Source: Octopus bimaculoides
Lineage: Eukaryota
Direction of reading: 5' to 3'
DNA length: 64,000 bases
Assembly (NCBI RefSeq): GCF_001194135.2
Contig: NC_068988.1
Location: forward strand, 12,864,274 to 12,928,273
This document shows positions 1 through 12,900 of the stretch, in pieces. Each line of letters starts with the position of its first letter. Position 1 is the stretch's first letter. A model generated the notes under the pieces. That model was not told the origin of the DNA. It saw nothing but the letters and a program-made list of their open reading frames with translations, and did no database searches. A program made the position numbers and the translations under genes.

Positions 1-385
1 ACCTTGGTGGACCCCTACCTTTACCCGGAATTCATTGCTGTACTCATTTCCAACCCTCACCTTACTGGCAGCATCTTTGTACATGGCTCACACAGCTCTC
101 ACTAACCATTCTTCTATCCCAAGTTTCCTCATTGACCACCAGATAAGGGATCGGGGGACCCTGTCAAAGGCTTTCTCCATGCCAACGAAAGTCAGGTACA
201 GAGGTTTATCCTTGGCTAGGTATTTCTCCTGCAGCTGTCTTACTAGAAATAAGGCATCAGTAGTGCTTTTACCTGGCACGAACCCAAACTGCATCTCATC
301 TAAATTGATTCGCTCCCTAATTAGTTGGGCTATGACCCTCTCTGTAACTTTCATAACCTGATCTAACAGCTTGATGCCTCTGCTA
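1..385 (-). mobile_element. RTE-clade LINE reverse transcriptase fragment (young)
   Basis: ORF 88-354: KVTERVIAQLIRER...QFGFVPGKSTTDALFLVRQLQEK...KAFDRVPR, canonical RTE RT motifs. Confidence 0.95.
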
Positions 386-1289
386 TTTAAATAAGTTATT
401 TATGTAATCTAACTAGCCATGCTTAAATTTTGAAACATGATCGAGATGATTATCATGACAATTACTATTTTCAATTTTATCATACCATACTTAACACTAT
501 GACCACAGTAAGATGGAAGCTAGTTGCCAGGATTCTGAATACCAGAGACAATCATGAAATCATATACCACTACCCAAGTAGTCAAAAAAGAAAAAGAAAA
601 AAACAAAAGGAAGAATTTAGGAAACATTCACAGAGCTTTTGACTTGATAATTTGCCTAAATAATAGCCATATTTTATAAGATTTCTTCTCATTAACATTT
701 CTTGTTCAAGTATACCAACAGTTGTTCCTAGAATCACACAAACTTCTAAGAGGAGAAGATATATGCGATGAGATAAAAACCACATATATGCAAGTCAATT
801 ATTGTATACCTATAGACTGAGTGAAGGAGACTAAGTAACAAGAGGTTTCTAAAATGGAAATATGGAGGGAGGTGTTTAAGAAAAGCTGTTTGGAAAGGGA
901 TTACAGGTAGCAATATAAGCAGGTAGACATTTCAGTTACTACCCAGCTGATGTACAACTATCAAAACACCCTAAGAAAGTTACATGTGAGTATCCAGTTC
1001 AGGAGTTTTGTCTGATCTGTTTGACAATGTAGTTGTGTAAAGAATTAGTAAATAACTCGCTATAACAATATGCCATCATAACATTAAATTCTGGAAAATG
1101 ATTTCAGACATAATTTTTATATGCCTGAAATAGTTGATTGTATTATTTAACCAATGTTTAAAAGCTAAAGTTTTAGGAAAACATTAGATGCTAATTCATA
1201 ATATATTAAAGGGTTATATATGGCCCTAGCATTTCAAGATGAAATTTTAAAAAATTTATAGTGATGTACAGAGAGATAGCAATGAAATC

Positions 1290-2240
1290 CCTCTCAAATC
1301 TCACCATATCATCCTACATGGAACAATGTAGCCCAAGGCTCTGCAACAAGAGGGTCAGAAGTATATAGAGTTCCAGATTGCAAAGCCCTGTCACAGCATA
1401 TCAGGACATTGAAGAACAATATGTAAGTAATGATAGCAGTGCACTTGCACTTACTGATGCCAAGAAGAAAGAGGCAAAGAAATATTACAAGAGGTCGCTG
1501 AATTAGAAGAATGCAAACAGAATTCCGCACATTGTACTTATGTAAACAGTGTGTGCAGAAGAGATGTAGTGGGATCATAAGAAACTGACAGAGAACTTCA
1601 TATATGCAGATGCACAAGAGTAGTTAGCAGTCAGAGCACCATGTTAAATTCTCTCAATGCATAAAAGACTCCCTTGAGCTGATAGTAAGCTGTCCTAGTA
1701 GTTAATAGATTCTGTTATCTAGGTGACTTAATTAGCAGTGGAGATTGGTATTTCAAAAGCATAAGAGAAAGAAAGGGTTGGGGAAAGTTCAGGAAGCTAT
1801 TAATTTTGGAAGTAACATAGAAAAGAATAGATTGTATGATGCTTGAGTATGAAGCGTAAAGTTGCATGGTAGAGAAACAAGGCCAAGGGCATGAAATGCA
1901 GAGGCATGAAATAAATGAACATTTTTCTGCTGGATGTGTAATGCTAGTGTGCATAAATGACAAGGCACAAATGAGTAGAGAGAAAATCTGGAATCAGTGT
2001 GCAGAAAAGAAAAGTGTGCTGGTATAAGCATTATACATGAAGGGCAGTTGAAAAAAAGGAGGTCCAAACATTCCAAATACAAGAACTTGTAAAAAGGAAG
2101 ACACCAAGAAAGACAGGGAAACAAGTGGCAAAGATGAATGTTAAGAGGCTGGACCTATGAAGGAAATGATAAAGATTCACAAATAACAAGATGCTGTGCC
2201 AGAGAAGATTCATCAATGCATGCCAGCAGGGAAAACAGAG
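1290..2240 (+). mobile_element. Degenerate RTE LINE (linker and 3' end with tail)
   Basis: 1400-1560 resembles the RTE linker at 26010-26130; 1900-2240 has RTE C-terminal remnants and the catgccagcag..gatg tail. Confidence 0.65.
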
Positions 2241-2690
2241 AGACAAAAATGATGCTTGAAATTTCCCAGATATATAGCACTAAAAACTGTAAAATTCCAA
2301 GCTAGTCAAGGTCAACACAGTGTCGGTCAGAAGGCCAAAGTATTAACAATAACCCACGAAATGCACAACACAGTAACCAAAGAGATTCACTAGTTGACAT
2401 GTAATAGCAATAAAATGAAGTATGATGATTTACTTTCAAGTAGATTATACATACACACACTTTTTAAATAGAACAAAATTTACTAAAAGCCAGTTCTAAC
2501 TGGATTTTAATCAGCAAATATATATATTAAAAAAGTTTAATTTAGTATTGATATATTTTAGTGAACTTTTTTTCTATTTATGTTCCTGATATTGAAGGTG
2601 ACTTATGTAATAAATTTACTTAAGTTGCTGTAGTTTAACTACTGACCAAGAATTTAGCTTATCTAATTTTAGAATCTTCTGAGTTGAGAT

Positions 2691-2695
<5 letters not shown>

Positions 2696-2731
<36 letters not shown>
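2696..2731. repeat. (GA)n microsatellite
   Basis: Direct reading. Confidence 0.95.
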
Positions 2732-2732
<1 letters not shown>

Positions 2733-3244
2733 CAATGTGTGTGGAGAGGGGTTAAAACCAACCATAACAGAAGAATTGAGTATTAATGAGAGCTAGCTGA
2801 AACAAATCAAACTTAAACATGAGACTATCTTTCTATGTGCCATCAAAGATATATTAACTAATAAAAGCAAAGACTTCTAATCCATTTTGATTGTGATATT
2901 TATAAATCTAACAATGATTCCTTTCTATAAATAGGTGCTCTATATAAATTACATGCCAATCCTTGGTTTAATTTGAGGGCAAGTAGTTGAAAGAATACAA
3001 ATAGAGTAGAAGAGAGTAAAGTTGTTGTTTTAATTAATTATATAAAAGCAGTCCAAACATGTGGCCAAAAATCAAAAGCAATTTATGAATAGTAATTTTC
3101 AGAGAAATAGGAGGACAAGTTGTAAAAGTGTTCTATTCCACCATGGCAGTCCATCTATTGCCAAAATACCTGACTAGTTTAAATAGCTGCAAACAGTTGG
3201 ATGGAATAGAAGAATATGTTGTTCTAAAAAGCAAGAACACTGTA

Positions 3245-3390
3245 TGCATGGCTTGGTAATTAAGTTTATTTCACAGATAGATGGTTCAGGGTTGGATCCC
3301 ACTGTGCAACACCTTGGGTAAGTGTTTTCTACTCTAGCTTCAGGTTGACCAAAGTCTTCCAGGTGATATCTCATAGACAGAAACTAGAAA
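3245..3390 (-). mobile_element. SINE head fragment
   Basis: gcatggcttggtaattaag..ggttggatcccactgtgcaacaccttgggtaagtgtttt written on the plus strand; the ORF-track entry 3174-3374 is its antisense reading, so the true orientation may be plus. Confidence 0.6.
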
Positions 3391-3999
3391 CCTTTTGGAG
3401 AGACTGTCCCTTTTACTTGAGTGGCACATTTGATCCATTGCCTTGTGCATTGAGAGAGGTGCATGGCAGGAAGAAGATATAGAAGCACCACTTATTCCAA
3501 TTCAGTTGATTGCAAAGAATATGGCTAAATCATTGGCATTTACAGCAGAAGTTCCATAGATCCAATGATCCTAATTGTGAATGTAAATAAAAATCCCAAG
3601 ATGATGTTCTGTAATTATGAAATAACTTTGGTCAAGTTCTTCATTTCTGCAGCATATACTGATGAACTAGACTGAAATAGATAGTGCTTCTCTTCCTGCC
3701 AGAATCCCCCTTTGCACTACTGTTTATCAAAATAGCAGTCAATGTTATTTGTGGCAAGTATGTACTGTACAACATATTCTGATATATTCCCAAATGCATT
3801 TCTCTTCAAATGTTTAATGTATATACATACAGTACTGTGTGTGTTTAAAAATTAATATTTTCGTGCATAAGTGATGGAATAATGGTTTTGTGAAATTGAC
3901 AAAACCATAAAAGAGACAGGCATGGAAAGATTGGAAGAATGGAGGTAGTAGAGAAATATAATAGGTGGCTAGAAGAGAAGATAGACAGCAGATTTATCT

Positions 4000-4522
4000 C
4001 GCAAGGTGAGAAACAGAAAGGAAGAAGTTTGCCAATGTTCTACAGCGTAAAGATCAGAAGCGTGAGGTTTTCTGGATAGCATGATAGAGAAAAATTATGA
4101 TGTGGGAAAGAAGTATATATGGACGGATGATGGAACACTTGCACTTCATGATTCTGAAAGAAAATAGACAACTACAAAAAGCTAACAGAGGAGAATGCAT
4201 AGGAGAAAGAGAGAGGGACCAGCTATCCTTTAACAGCAATATAACAGATAAAGCAGTTAAGAATATGAAGACAGAGAAAGCTCCTGATCTATCAGGAAGT
4301 ATAAGCGAGATGCTTAAAATATATGGTGGATGGGATAGTGCCTAGTCACCTGTGCAGTTAATCAGACTGAACAGGAAGATATCATACCCAATGACTAGTG
4401 TAGCAGCATTATAGTCAACTGTTACAAGAGAAAAGGAAATGCCTTAGACAGAAGTAATTTAATAGGTATCAAATTACTGGACCCAGTCATGAAAGTTATG
4501 GAAAGGGTTATAGCCCAACCAT
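4000..4522 (+). mobile_element. Degenerate RTE LINE fragment
   Basis: Similar to 26070-26475 (DKAVKNMKTEKAPDLSG, atcataccca atgact, KLLDPVMKVMERVIAQ). Confidence 0.85.
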
Positions 4523-4598
4523 GAGGGTACAGTCCGACATACTTTCACCACCATCTTCTCTCTCCCAGATGGGAGAACTATTTTTCTTCTCTACAGTA

Positions 4599-4845
4599 TT
4601 TTTTTTTAAAGTCCGGTACTTATTCTATTGGTCTCCTTGGCCAGACTACTAAGTCACGGGGACATAAACAAGCCAACACTGGTTGTCAGAAAATGAATAA
4701 ACATACTGGGCTTTCATACAATTTTTGTCTATGAAATTCACTCACAAGATATTGGTTAACTTGGGAGTTATAGTTGAAGATACTTGCCCAAGGCCTCACA
4801 CAGAGTGACATGGTTGCAAAGCAAGTGTCTTAACCACACAGCCAT
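4599..4845 (-). mobile_element. tRNA-derived SINE, CORE-like ccttgggcaagt family (partial inverted duplicate of 6304-6544)
   Basis: ggctgtgtggttaag..ccttgggcaagt head plus accagtgttggcttgttt body. Confidence 0.9.
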
Positions 4846-5457
4846 TAGTTTTTAACCTCTGATCAACTTGCACAAGACCACCTCCCCCGATATTATTTTA
4901 TCCCGAGATAAGGGGCTTTTGTCTTGCAAGCTACTTGGTGATCTCACCAGTGCTGGTGCCATACAAAAAGAACCAAATACACTCGGTAAAGTGGTTGATG
5001 TTAAGAAGGGTATCCAACCATAGAAACCATGCCAAGCCAGACAATAGAGCCTGGCACAATCCTCTGACTTGCCAACTCCTATCAAACTGTCCAATCCACG
5101 CCAACGTGAAAGGAGGACATTAAATGGTGATAATGATAGGATATTTGTAATAAAATGATGGAAGCAGTCATTATCTAAGTGACAACTTCTGGTGAGAAAA
5201 AACAAGGGAAATAACAGGTGTGCAAACACACCTACACAGAATATATGATGTAATTTCACATCATCTACTGCTCAATTGTGAAAATACAACCATAAATGCA
5301 TATATTAGTAGAATTCTTTGCATACCAAATGATTTCTTCTAAAAATGTTGTGCAAGGGGTAGAAGCAGTGGAGAAAGATATAAAGAAACATAAGGGGCTA
5401 TAGTGAGTCACGATTTGTATGTTTAGCTATTTGATGAAGTAATTTAATTAAACCAAT

Positions 5458-5860
5458 AGGTGCAGGTGTGGCTGTGTAGTTGAGAATCATGCCTCCCAAC
5501 CTTGCAGTCTCCAGTTCAGTTCTACTGCACAACACTTGGGCAAATATCTTCTGCTAAAACCCCAAGCCAATCGAAGCCTGTGTGGATTTGGTAGAGTGGA
5601 AGAAATTGGGGAGGTGGGTACGTACATGTGTGTACTCTTATTTTGATATAACATGGTGGTTGTAAGCGAGGAGAGTTATACAAGCCAGGTTGTTCGTTTC
5701 CAGTCTTCTGTGAAAAACATGTCCGGCGGTGGGGAAATATTACCTTACTTGGAAACAGGTGACAATAGGAAGGGCATCCAGCTGTAGAAAAGCTGCCTCA
5801 ACAAATTCCATCTGACCCAAGTAAGCATGAATAAGTGGAAGTTAAAACAACAATGATATA
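5458..5860 (+). mobile_element. Full-length composite SINE (tRNA head, body, RTE-type tail)
   Basis: ggtgcaggtgtggctgtg head; acttggaaacaggtga..ggaagggcatccagctgtagaa..gcatgaa..gatgat tail. Sister copies at 13295-13680, 33378-33780 and 41965-42440. Confidence 0.85.
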
Positions 5861-6297
5861 TCCATATCATCATCGTTTAACATCCACCTTCCATGTGGAA
5901 TAGATTGGACAAATTTTCTGAGGTTGTGTTTTACAGCTGGATGCCTTTCCTGTAGCCAAACCTAGTTATTTCTTATGACATGCAGGGACACAGTGACCTG
6001 TTCTAAAACCAAGATGCACACAGTCAAACAGCACACAGACAACTTCACATGCATGTACTGACATGCAAAATCACACTACTACCTGACAGTATGTGGAGTT
6101 TACTAATTCCTATTAAGCATGTCAAACAAATACTCTTAAATGAATTTAAAATGTCCATAAAAACACAGTACCAGAATTCTAGACAGCAGAAACATCAGGT
6201 TTTCTTGATAATAAAAACAATATACTGAGCAAATGTAATTTTTTTTGGGGGGGGAGGGGAATCATTTAAGCATGTGAACTATCTATCCATTATAGGC

Positions 6298-6632
6298 ACA
6301 AGTATGGCTGTGTGGTTAAGACACTTGCTTTGCAACCATGTCACTCTGTGTGAGGCCTTGGGCAAGTATCTTCAACTATAACCCCAAGTTGACCAATATC
6401 TTGTGAGTGAATTTCATAGACAAAAATTGTATGAATGCCCAGCATGTTTATTCACTTTCTGACAACCAGTGTTGGCTTGTTTACATCTCCATGACTTAGC
6501 AGTCTGGCAAAGGAGACCAATAGTATCAGACTTTAAAAAAAAATTAAATAAGTACTGGGGTCAATTTACTTGACTAAACCCTTCAAGGTAGAACCCTAGC
6601 ATTGTTGCTCTCCAATGACTGAAACAAGATAA
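6298..6632 (+). mobile_element. tRNA-derived SINE, same family, with tail
   Basis: Same head and body; ends in aagtactggggtcaat..gactaaacccttcaag..gactgaaacaag. Confidence 0.9.
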
Positions 6633-6794
6633 ACTTAGGCAACTGAAGATTTATCATATATGGTAAGTTATATGCTAAATATACTATTTCAGATGTAACA
6701 AAAACAATTGGGGATGGATTATTTTTTTATATATTACCAAAAACATTAAAAGCAGAAATAGTAACACAGACAGAAGACAGATTCATATATTTAC

Positions 6795-6946
6795 CTCTGC
6801 TTTATGGTCTTTTTCTTTCTGTTCTTTAATATCCTTATCATTTTTATGATTTTTATCATGATTTTGGTGATTACTGCTATTTTTATTGTTACTGGTATAT
6901 GAATAATGGTTGAGTCTCCTATCTGATGTAGGTGAGTCAGTGGAGC
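6795..6946 (-). CDS. WAC: WAC coding exon (STDSPTSDRR...DHKAE, 152 nt)
   Basis: Acceptor ttctctcttatcag, donor GAG|gtaaat; phase 1 in matches the previous exon; open only in a hydrophilic N/H/K-rich frame. Confidence 0.88.
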
Positions 6947-9900
6947 CTGATAAGAGAGAAAATACATAAAGATTACATTACATTGTGTAAAATAAATAGA
7001 ATTTAAGATATAACTGCAAAGAAAAATTAGACATATGAGGTTATATTTATATTCAATGACAATACATATTTCTTGAAAAATAAATGGAAAAAAGTAAAAA
7101 AGAGTGGGAGAGATTTAAAACACAGTACAATAATGAAAAATTAGTGAAGGAGTAGAAAGGTGAGAAAGAGATGGAAACAATTTTTTATTATTATTATTCA
7201 GTTTAAATACCTGAAAATCAAATGTTAATTAAGGAGGTGAAATTACTAAATGCTTAAAAGAAAATGGGATTTTAGAATTTAGAAATGAAAAATGAAAACT
7301 GAAAATTAAAAAAATCAAATCTTTCCATTAATTGAAACCAACATTTCCCAAGATCTCATGTTTACATTAACAAGATATCGTATACATTTCAAACTTGAAG
7401 ATAAACATAAAACATAACTGAATTTAAATAGCTCTTCAATTCATTTTAGCCACTGTGCCTAAGGCCATGCTGGACTTTCTAAAATAAAATAGAATAATTA
7501 ATTCTTATTCAAATGAAAAAAAAGTTCACCCAATTATGAAATAAAATACAATTTAACCTTTTTTATATACACCAACGCTTTTAAGTTTTCATCGTTAAAC
7601 TAATCATCATAATTTTATGTAAGAATTTTTTGTTATGCTTCAACCAACAGCTTATCTTACTTAATTCTGCCAAATTCTAATTAGTTTTGTAAATTAACTG
7701 CAACACAGAGTATTTTATTAGAAATATGATATATATAATCAGAAAATTCTCAAAGAGAATAGTAACATTTTGTTTGTGTGTGTATTCAATTCTGGCTATT
7801 TATTTAAATTCACATCAAATAAGAAAATCAGATTTCAATAAACTTATTGAGTTCAAATTTATATATTTCTCATTTTAATGAGTGATATATAAAATTTAAA
7901 ATGTGTTTGTAGCCATCTTTACATAAATATTTTAAAATCTAGTCAAAATATTGGTTAAGTTTTTGAATAATTTACTTTTCACCCACAGCTGTGCTAAAGA
8001 CATTAACACAAACAGCATAATTATCACCAAAACATTAATTACAATTCAAAACACGACAAACAATAACATAGATGGCTGATATCAGATGACGAAGGGCCAC
8101 AACCAGGGGCAAGATGATACAATACTCATCTAATCCATACAAAGAAAAATTATTATAAAATGACACTAATTATGAAGATGACTCGGATTTTACCACCTAG
8201 CATTAATGTTGATGAAATCAATTCTCTAGGCACATTTAAAAATTTATGAATTACAATAACATTCACTTGAAAAGTGATATTTAAATTATCAACCAATTTC
8301 ATTTCAAATAATTACAAAAACAAAAATCATTTAATTTTAGAATTTTATGGATATTAACCTACATTAATCTACACAGTATTTCATCTGGTTTTGATCTCCA
8401 ATATTGTACCAGACTTGATTTGAACTAGGGTCTTGTATTTCTAATCTAAAGACATTACTTTGATTTTTTTAAAATTAGTTCAGGAAAAAAAGTTCTAAAT
8501 TCAAACTCAGTCAAGGACCATGCACAGAAGTAATCCACTAATGAGAATGAAAACACTTTACATATAAACTATAAAAAGTGATTAATTGTACAATCTCAAC
8601 TCATTGAAGCATTTAAGATTACCGTAAAGTAGAAAATAAACTTCATATTTAATATCCTGTTATAGATGTTAATCAAACTTATCAGAAATACTTGTATGTC
8701 AGTAAATATTTGAAGTATGATAGAAAAACATTTTTATTTATGAGACAAGCAAACGAAATGGCAACAAAATAACAAACCTATTAAAAACATGTTCAATCTA
8801 AACAAAAAAACTACAGACTGAAAATATTTGAAGACAGTGGAATAAAATCTATTTTTCCTTTCTTCATTGAGTAAAGAAAGATATTCTAAGTNNNNNNNNN
8901 NCCCCCCCCCCCGCCTCATCAAAACCACTTTAATAACTATTTGTTATCAATTTCAAAATATCAAATAACCTTTTAAAAAATCTGAACAAGAATTTTGGCC
9001 AGTGAATTAAATAAGAAACTGTCTCAATAAGATCTAACAAAGAACTGAATTTATTCCAAACTATCAGTAATTCATTACACGAATAAGGTGGACGTCAAAC
9101 AATGATGATAATGATAAGGGGCTAAATTAAAAGGTCTCTATTGATAACCTTACAGAATTAATGCAATGAAATATATAACTAAAAAAAATTAGTAAACAAT
9201 AAATATAACATGCTGAAACAAACTGTGCCCATTAAGAATGCACTTCTAATATGAAAACTATGATTTAATTTATAAATTTACAATTACTTGGAATTTGTTA
9301 ATGTAAAAAGCATTTAGGTGTAAAGATACTCATGCGTTTTCATTTAGGTAAGGGGTAATGTAGTAAGGAGGTGGTGGGAAATTATTTCCAAGAGTTGAAT
9401 AAAGATCAACAATGCTCAGCTATGTACAAATCTAAACAAAAATTTTCATGTTTGCAACCTCATTACAGCTAACCAAATCTATTCTTAAGAACTAGAAGAG
9501 TCAAGTTCTTCAAGTTCTTCCACAGAGTTTTTTTTTTTTTTTTTAATACTTATTTGAAAATTTCAGAAGAGTTCCTTCATTATTTTTTTTAATGAATAGT
9601 TTTGAACATGTTCCTTCACAAGTTATTTTGAAATAAAAACATTTTCAGAATTAACTGACATTTCATATTTTATTGAGGCTCTATCAGTATCTGTGGCAGT
9701 ACTACAGTTTCAAGAGTGATTGAAGGAAAGAGAAGAATAAACCAGAATCCATAAGCTATCTTGAAAATGGAAATCTTGGTCTGAATGTTTGCAACAGAGT
9801 GGATTGTTAAAGGCACACAAGGGCAAGGTGGCAGTATTAAACTGAAAAATAGATTAAATCTAAACCGAAGCCGAGGTCTGTGTCTTTAGATTATTCATTC

Positions 9901-12900
9901 TTTACACACTCTTTTTTAGAACTATTCAATATATAACAAAGACAATTATACCATTGCTATGGGACACATCTCAAATCTAATTAAAGCCACTTCAGATGTT
10001 GGAGCAATTTCAAAATGTAACAGAACAGTCACTAAAGATTTAAGACACAAAAATCAAACAATTCGAGTGACACAAGTTCATTTGCTTCCCTTCCTTACTT
10101 TGGTTTTGCTGTAGGTTGTCAGTTATTATGCATTATGGATATATCTGGGTATACACTAATTTTACTAACGATTCTGAACAGACTGTTATTGTTGTCCCTG
10201 CATGCATGTGTGCACATGCATGCACAAAAGAATAACTATTGTTTTACATCCATTTTCCCATACTTACATGAGTAAGATGGGAATTTGACAATGTCACATG
10301 ATGCAATCCTTTGTCACCTACTTTGTGAGGTTCAAAATTCCAAAATTAGCCTCAACCATTTCAAATATCTTCCTCTTCTGGCATCAATTCATACACCTTT
10401 ACACATCTGTCACATTTTATATAGATCATATATCTATTCCAACAGTTTCCGCTCTTTCACACAACAGCTTATTTCTTTCATACACATCACCATCACTTGT
10501 ACATCTGTTGTCTACATAGGATGGTATAGGTTTGATCAAACTTACTTAGCATTTTACAACTGAATGCAGGGACACATGATACCCTCTCTGAAAAACAGAA
10601 TCACATTCTGCAAATACACAAACATACATATGCACACATACACATACATCCATTTACTAAACTTTTTTAAATCTATTGGCACACTGTAGTTAACAGTATC
10701 ATTGTTAATATGTTGAAACCACAGAATTTCATTCAACAGCTGATAAGGGGAAAGCTGTGTCCTCATTTGTTTTTGCTAAGTTCCACTCATTTTATATTCT
10801 CTATGCTTTATTCCTTTCTAATGCAATGCAGATTTCTTCATTTAACATTATAGTTTACATTCACTCTCTTGCTATCTTTGTCCACTCTTATTTTCTTTTT
10901 CGTTCTTTCTCTCAATTTTCTCTCTCTCTCTCTCTGAAGCTAGTGTGGTCCTGTTGTTAATGTGCTAAAACCACCCAAGTTCAGTCAACAGTTGATGAGA
11001 GAATATTTGTATCCTTGTTTGTGTTTTTCCATATCCCATTCATCTGACTGACCTCTCCCACTTCTCTATATATGTAAGTATACACAAATACATATGCTGA
11101 CATACATATAAATGTATATTCACATCTATACATTCACAAACATCCCCAAATGCATACATATGCATACACATCTCAATCTTATCTGTTTTCTTTGCTTGCT
11201 CTCAGTATCTTCTGAGAGTAAGTACTTTCATAGGTCATATGTTTCACTTTTGACTGTATCACTAATCAGAATGAACAGGATACATTTTATTGTGGTGCTA
11301 GCAATAAAGAGGTTGCTATGTACTTGACATGAAAAGAGTGTATACACAGAAATGCACATACATCTGTACACACACAGACATGTATGTATATATATCATCA
11401 TCATTTAACATCCGCTTTCCATGTTGATGCATAAAAAATATCATGCAGACTCAGATCTTACACCAGCTGAGATGTATAAGCAGCTCAGAGAACAAGAATA
11501 TCTCCAAATCTCTTTGGGATGCCATTCTACTGCATGGTTAATTCTAACCATTTTTTCCATGCTAGCATGAGTTAGATGGGTCGTCATATTTGTTCTTTTC
11601 AGAAGTTACTACTCTTGTAGACAGTTTGGAAGACCATGTCTCAGCCAAACATTTCATATTTAGCTTATTTATTTTCTATAGCTGTACACCATTCCTATCA
11701 CCAACCACTTTACAGAATGTACTGGCTGCATTTCAGTACACTCTGTCGCCATGTCCTTGACAAGACTGAAGAGTCATCTCAACTCTACATTGTCTGCTCA
11801 TTGGCCTGCTACTTTACAGAGTGTAGTGGGCATTATTTTATTAAGACTTAAGTGCTCACAAGGTTGTCTAAAAACTGCAGATTTATCACTATTCTGTGTG
11901 ATCATGTCCTCAATGAGCCAGACTAAGATGAATAAAAGAGTTTGATGACAGAAGAGGGGATGGACAAATGAAAGGAACAAACATATGATGGTAGAAACAG
12001 AGTGAAGTTCAGAGAAGAGGAGTCTGTGCCAACTTTATTTATGCTGGCGCATAGTAGTGGAGAGCATACAGAGAGATAACCAAGTGAAAAGAGAATAAGA
12101 AACCCAAATATACATATCTCCCATCTTCCATTACAACTGCCAGCTTTAATGTTTTTACATTTGCTATGTTTCACAAGCTTTCATCATATGCACTATATCT
12201 TTGCTGTTCATAGTCTGCTTATCTTTGCTGTCCATAGTCTTCTTCCAACATTGCTAGATCTTACATCTTGCTTCACCAGAGAAAATGAGTAAGACAAACA
12301 CCCAGTATCCCTACTCTGTAACACGAAATTGTTTCTTACTGTGGATTACTATCATCATCTGAATGAAATTTACACGAGCGAGCACAGACAAGGCAGTACT
12401 GAGAAGACTCATTAGTCTTTCCAAAGGATATTAGTCTCTTTAATACTGATGCTACAATAAAATGTATTTAGAATGCCCTGTGTTAGAAAAAGCAGCCAAA
12501 TGTAGAAACCATGCCAAAAATGGAAGGTTTTGTTTGATTGAGACATCATTAGCCAATGTTTTTTAGAAAGGCAGAAACTCCAAATAATAATTCTGATCAG
12601 AATGATCCATCCAACCTGTACTTAGCATGGAAAATATACATAAAATTATGAATATTTTATTAACTGTGATGCTTTACACTCATACAACTTTGTGAATACA
12701 TTCTTGCATAATAACTGTGCTGTTATAAAGCATCACCTGATTAAGAAAAGTAATATCAACTTTGCATCAATAATATAGCACATACTATGTTCAGTTAAAA
12801 CTGCCCAGGTAGGTGTGTATGTATCGTTTTAATGTTTACTTTTCCCATGCTGGCATAAGAACTTAAGACAGTTTTCCTACACCAGGAGGCCCTTCTCGTC

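Noticed and set aside
3650-3692. CTGATGA..GAAA, a possible second hammerhead
   Set aside because: Stem II (actagact) does not pair and stem III has only a 2-nt loop; at most a decayed remnant.
1-6794. Search for the WAC WW-domain exon (DDWSEH..GKKYYYN..SQWEKP)
   Set aside because: No matching minus-strand exon found by eye; it presumably lies beyond the left edge.
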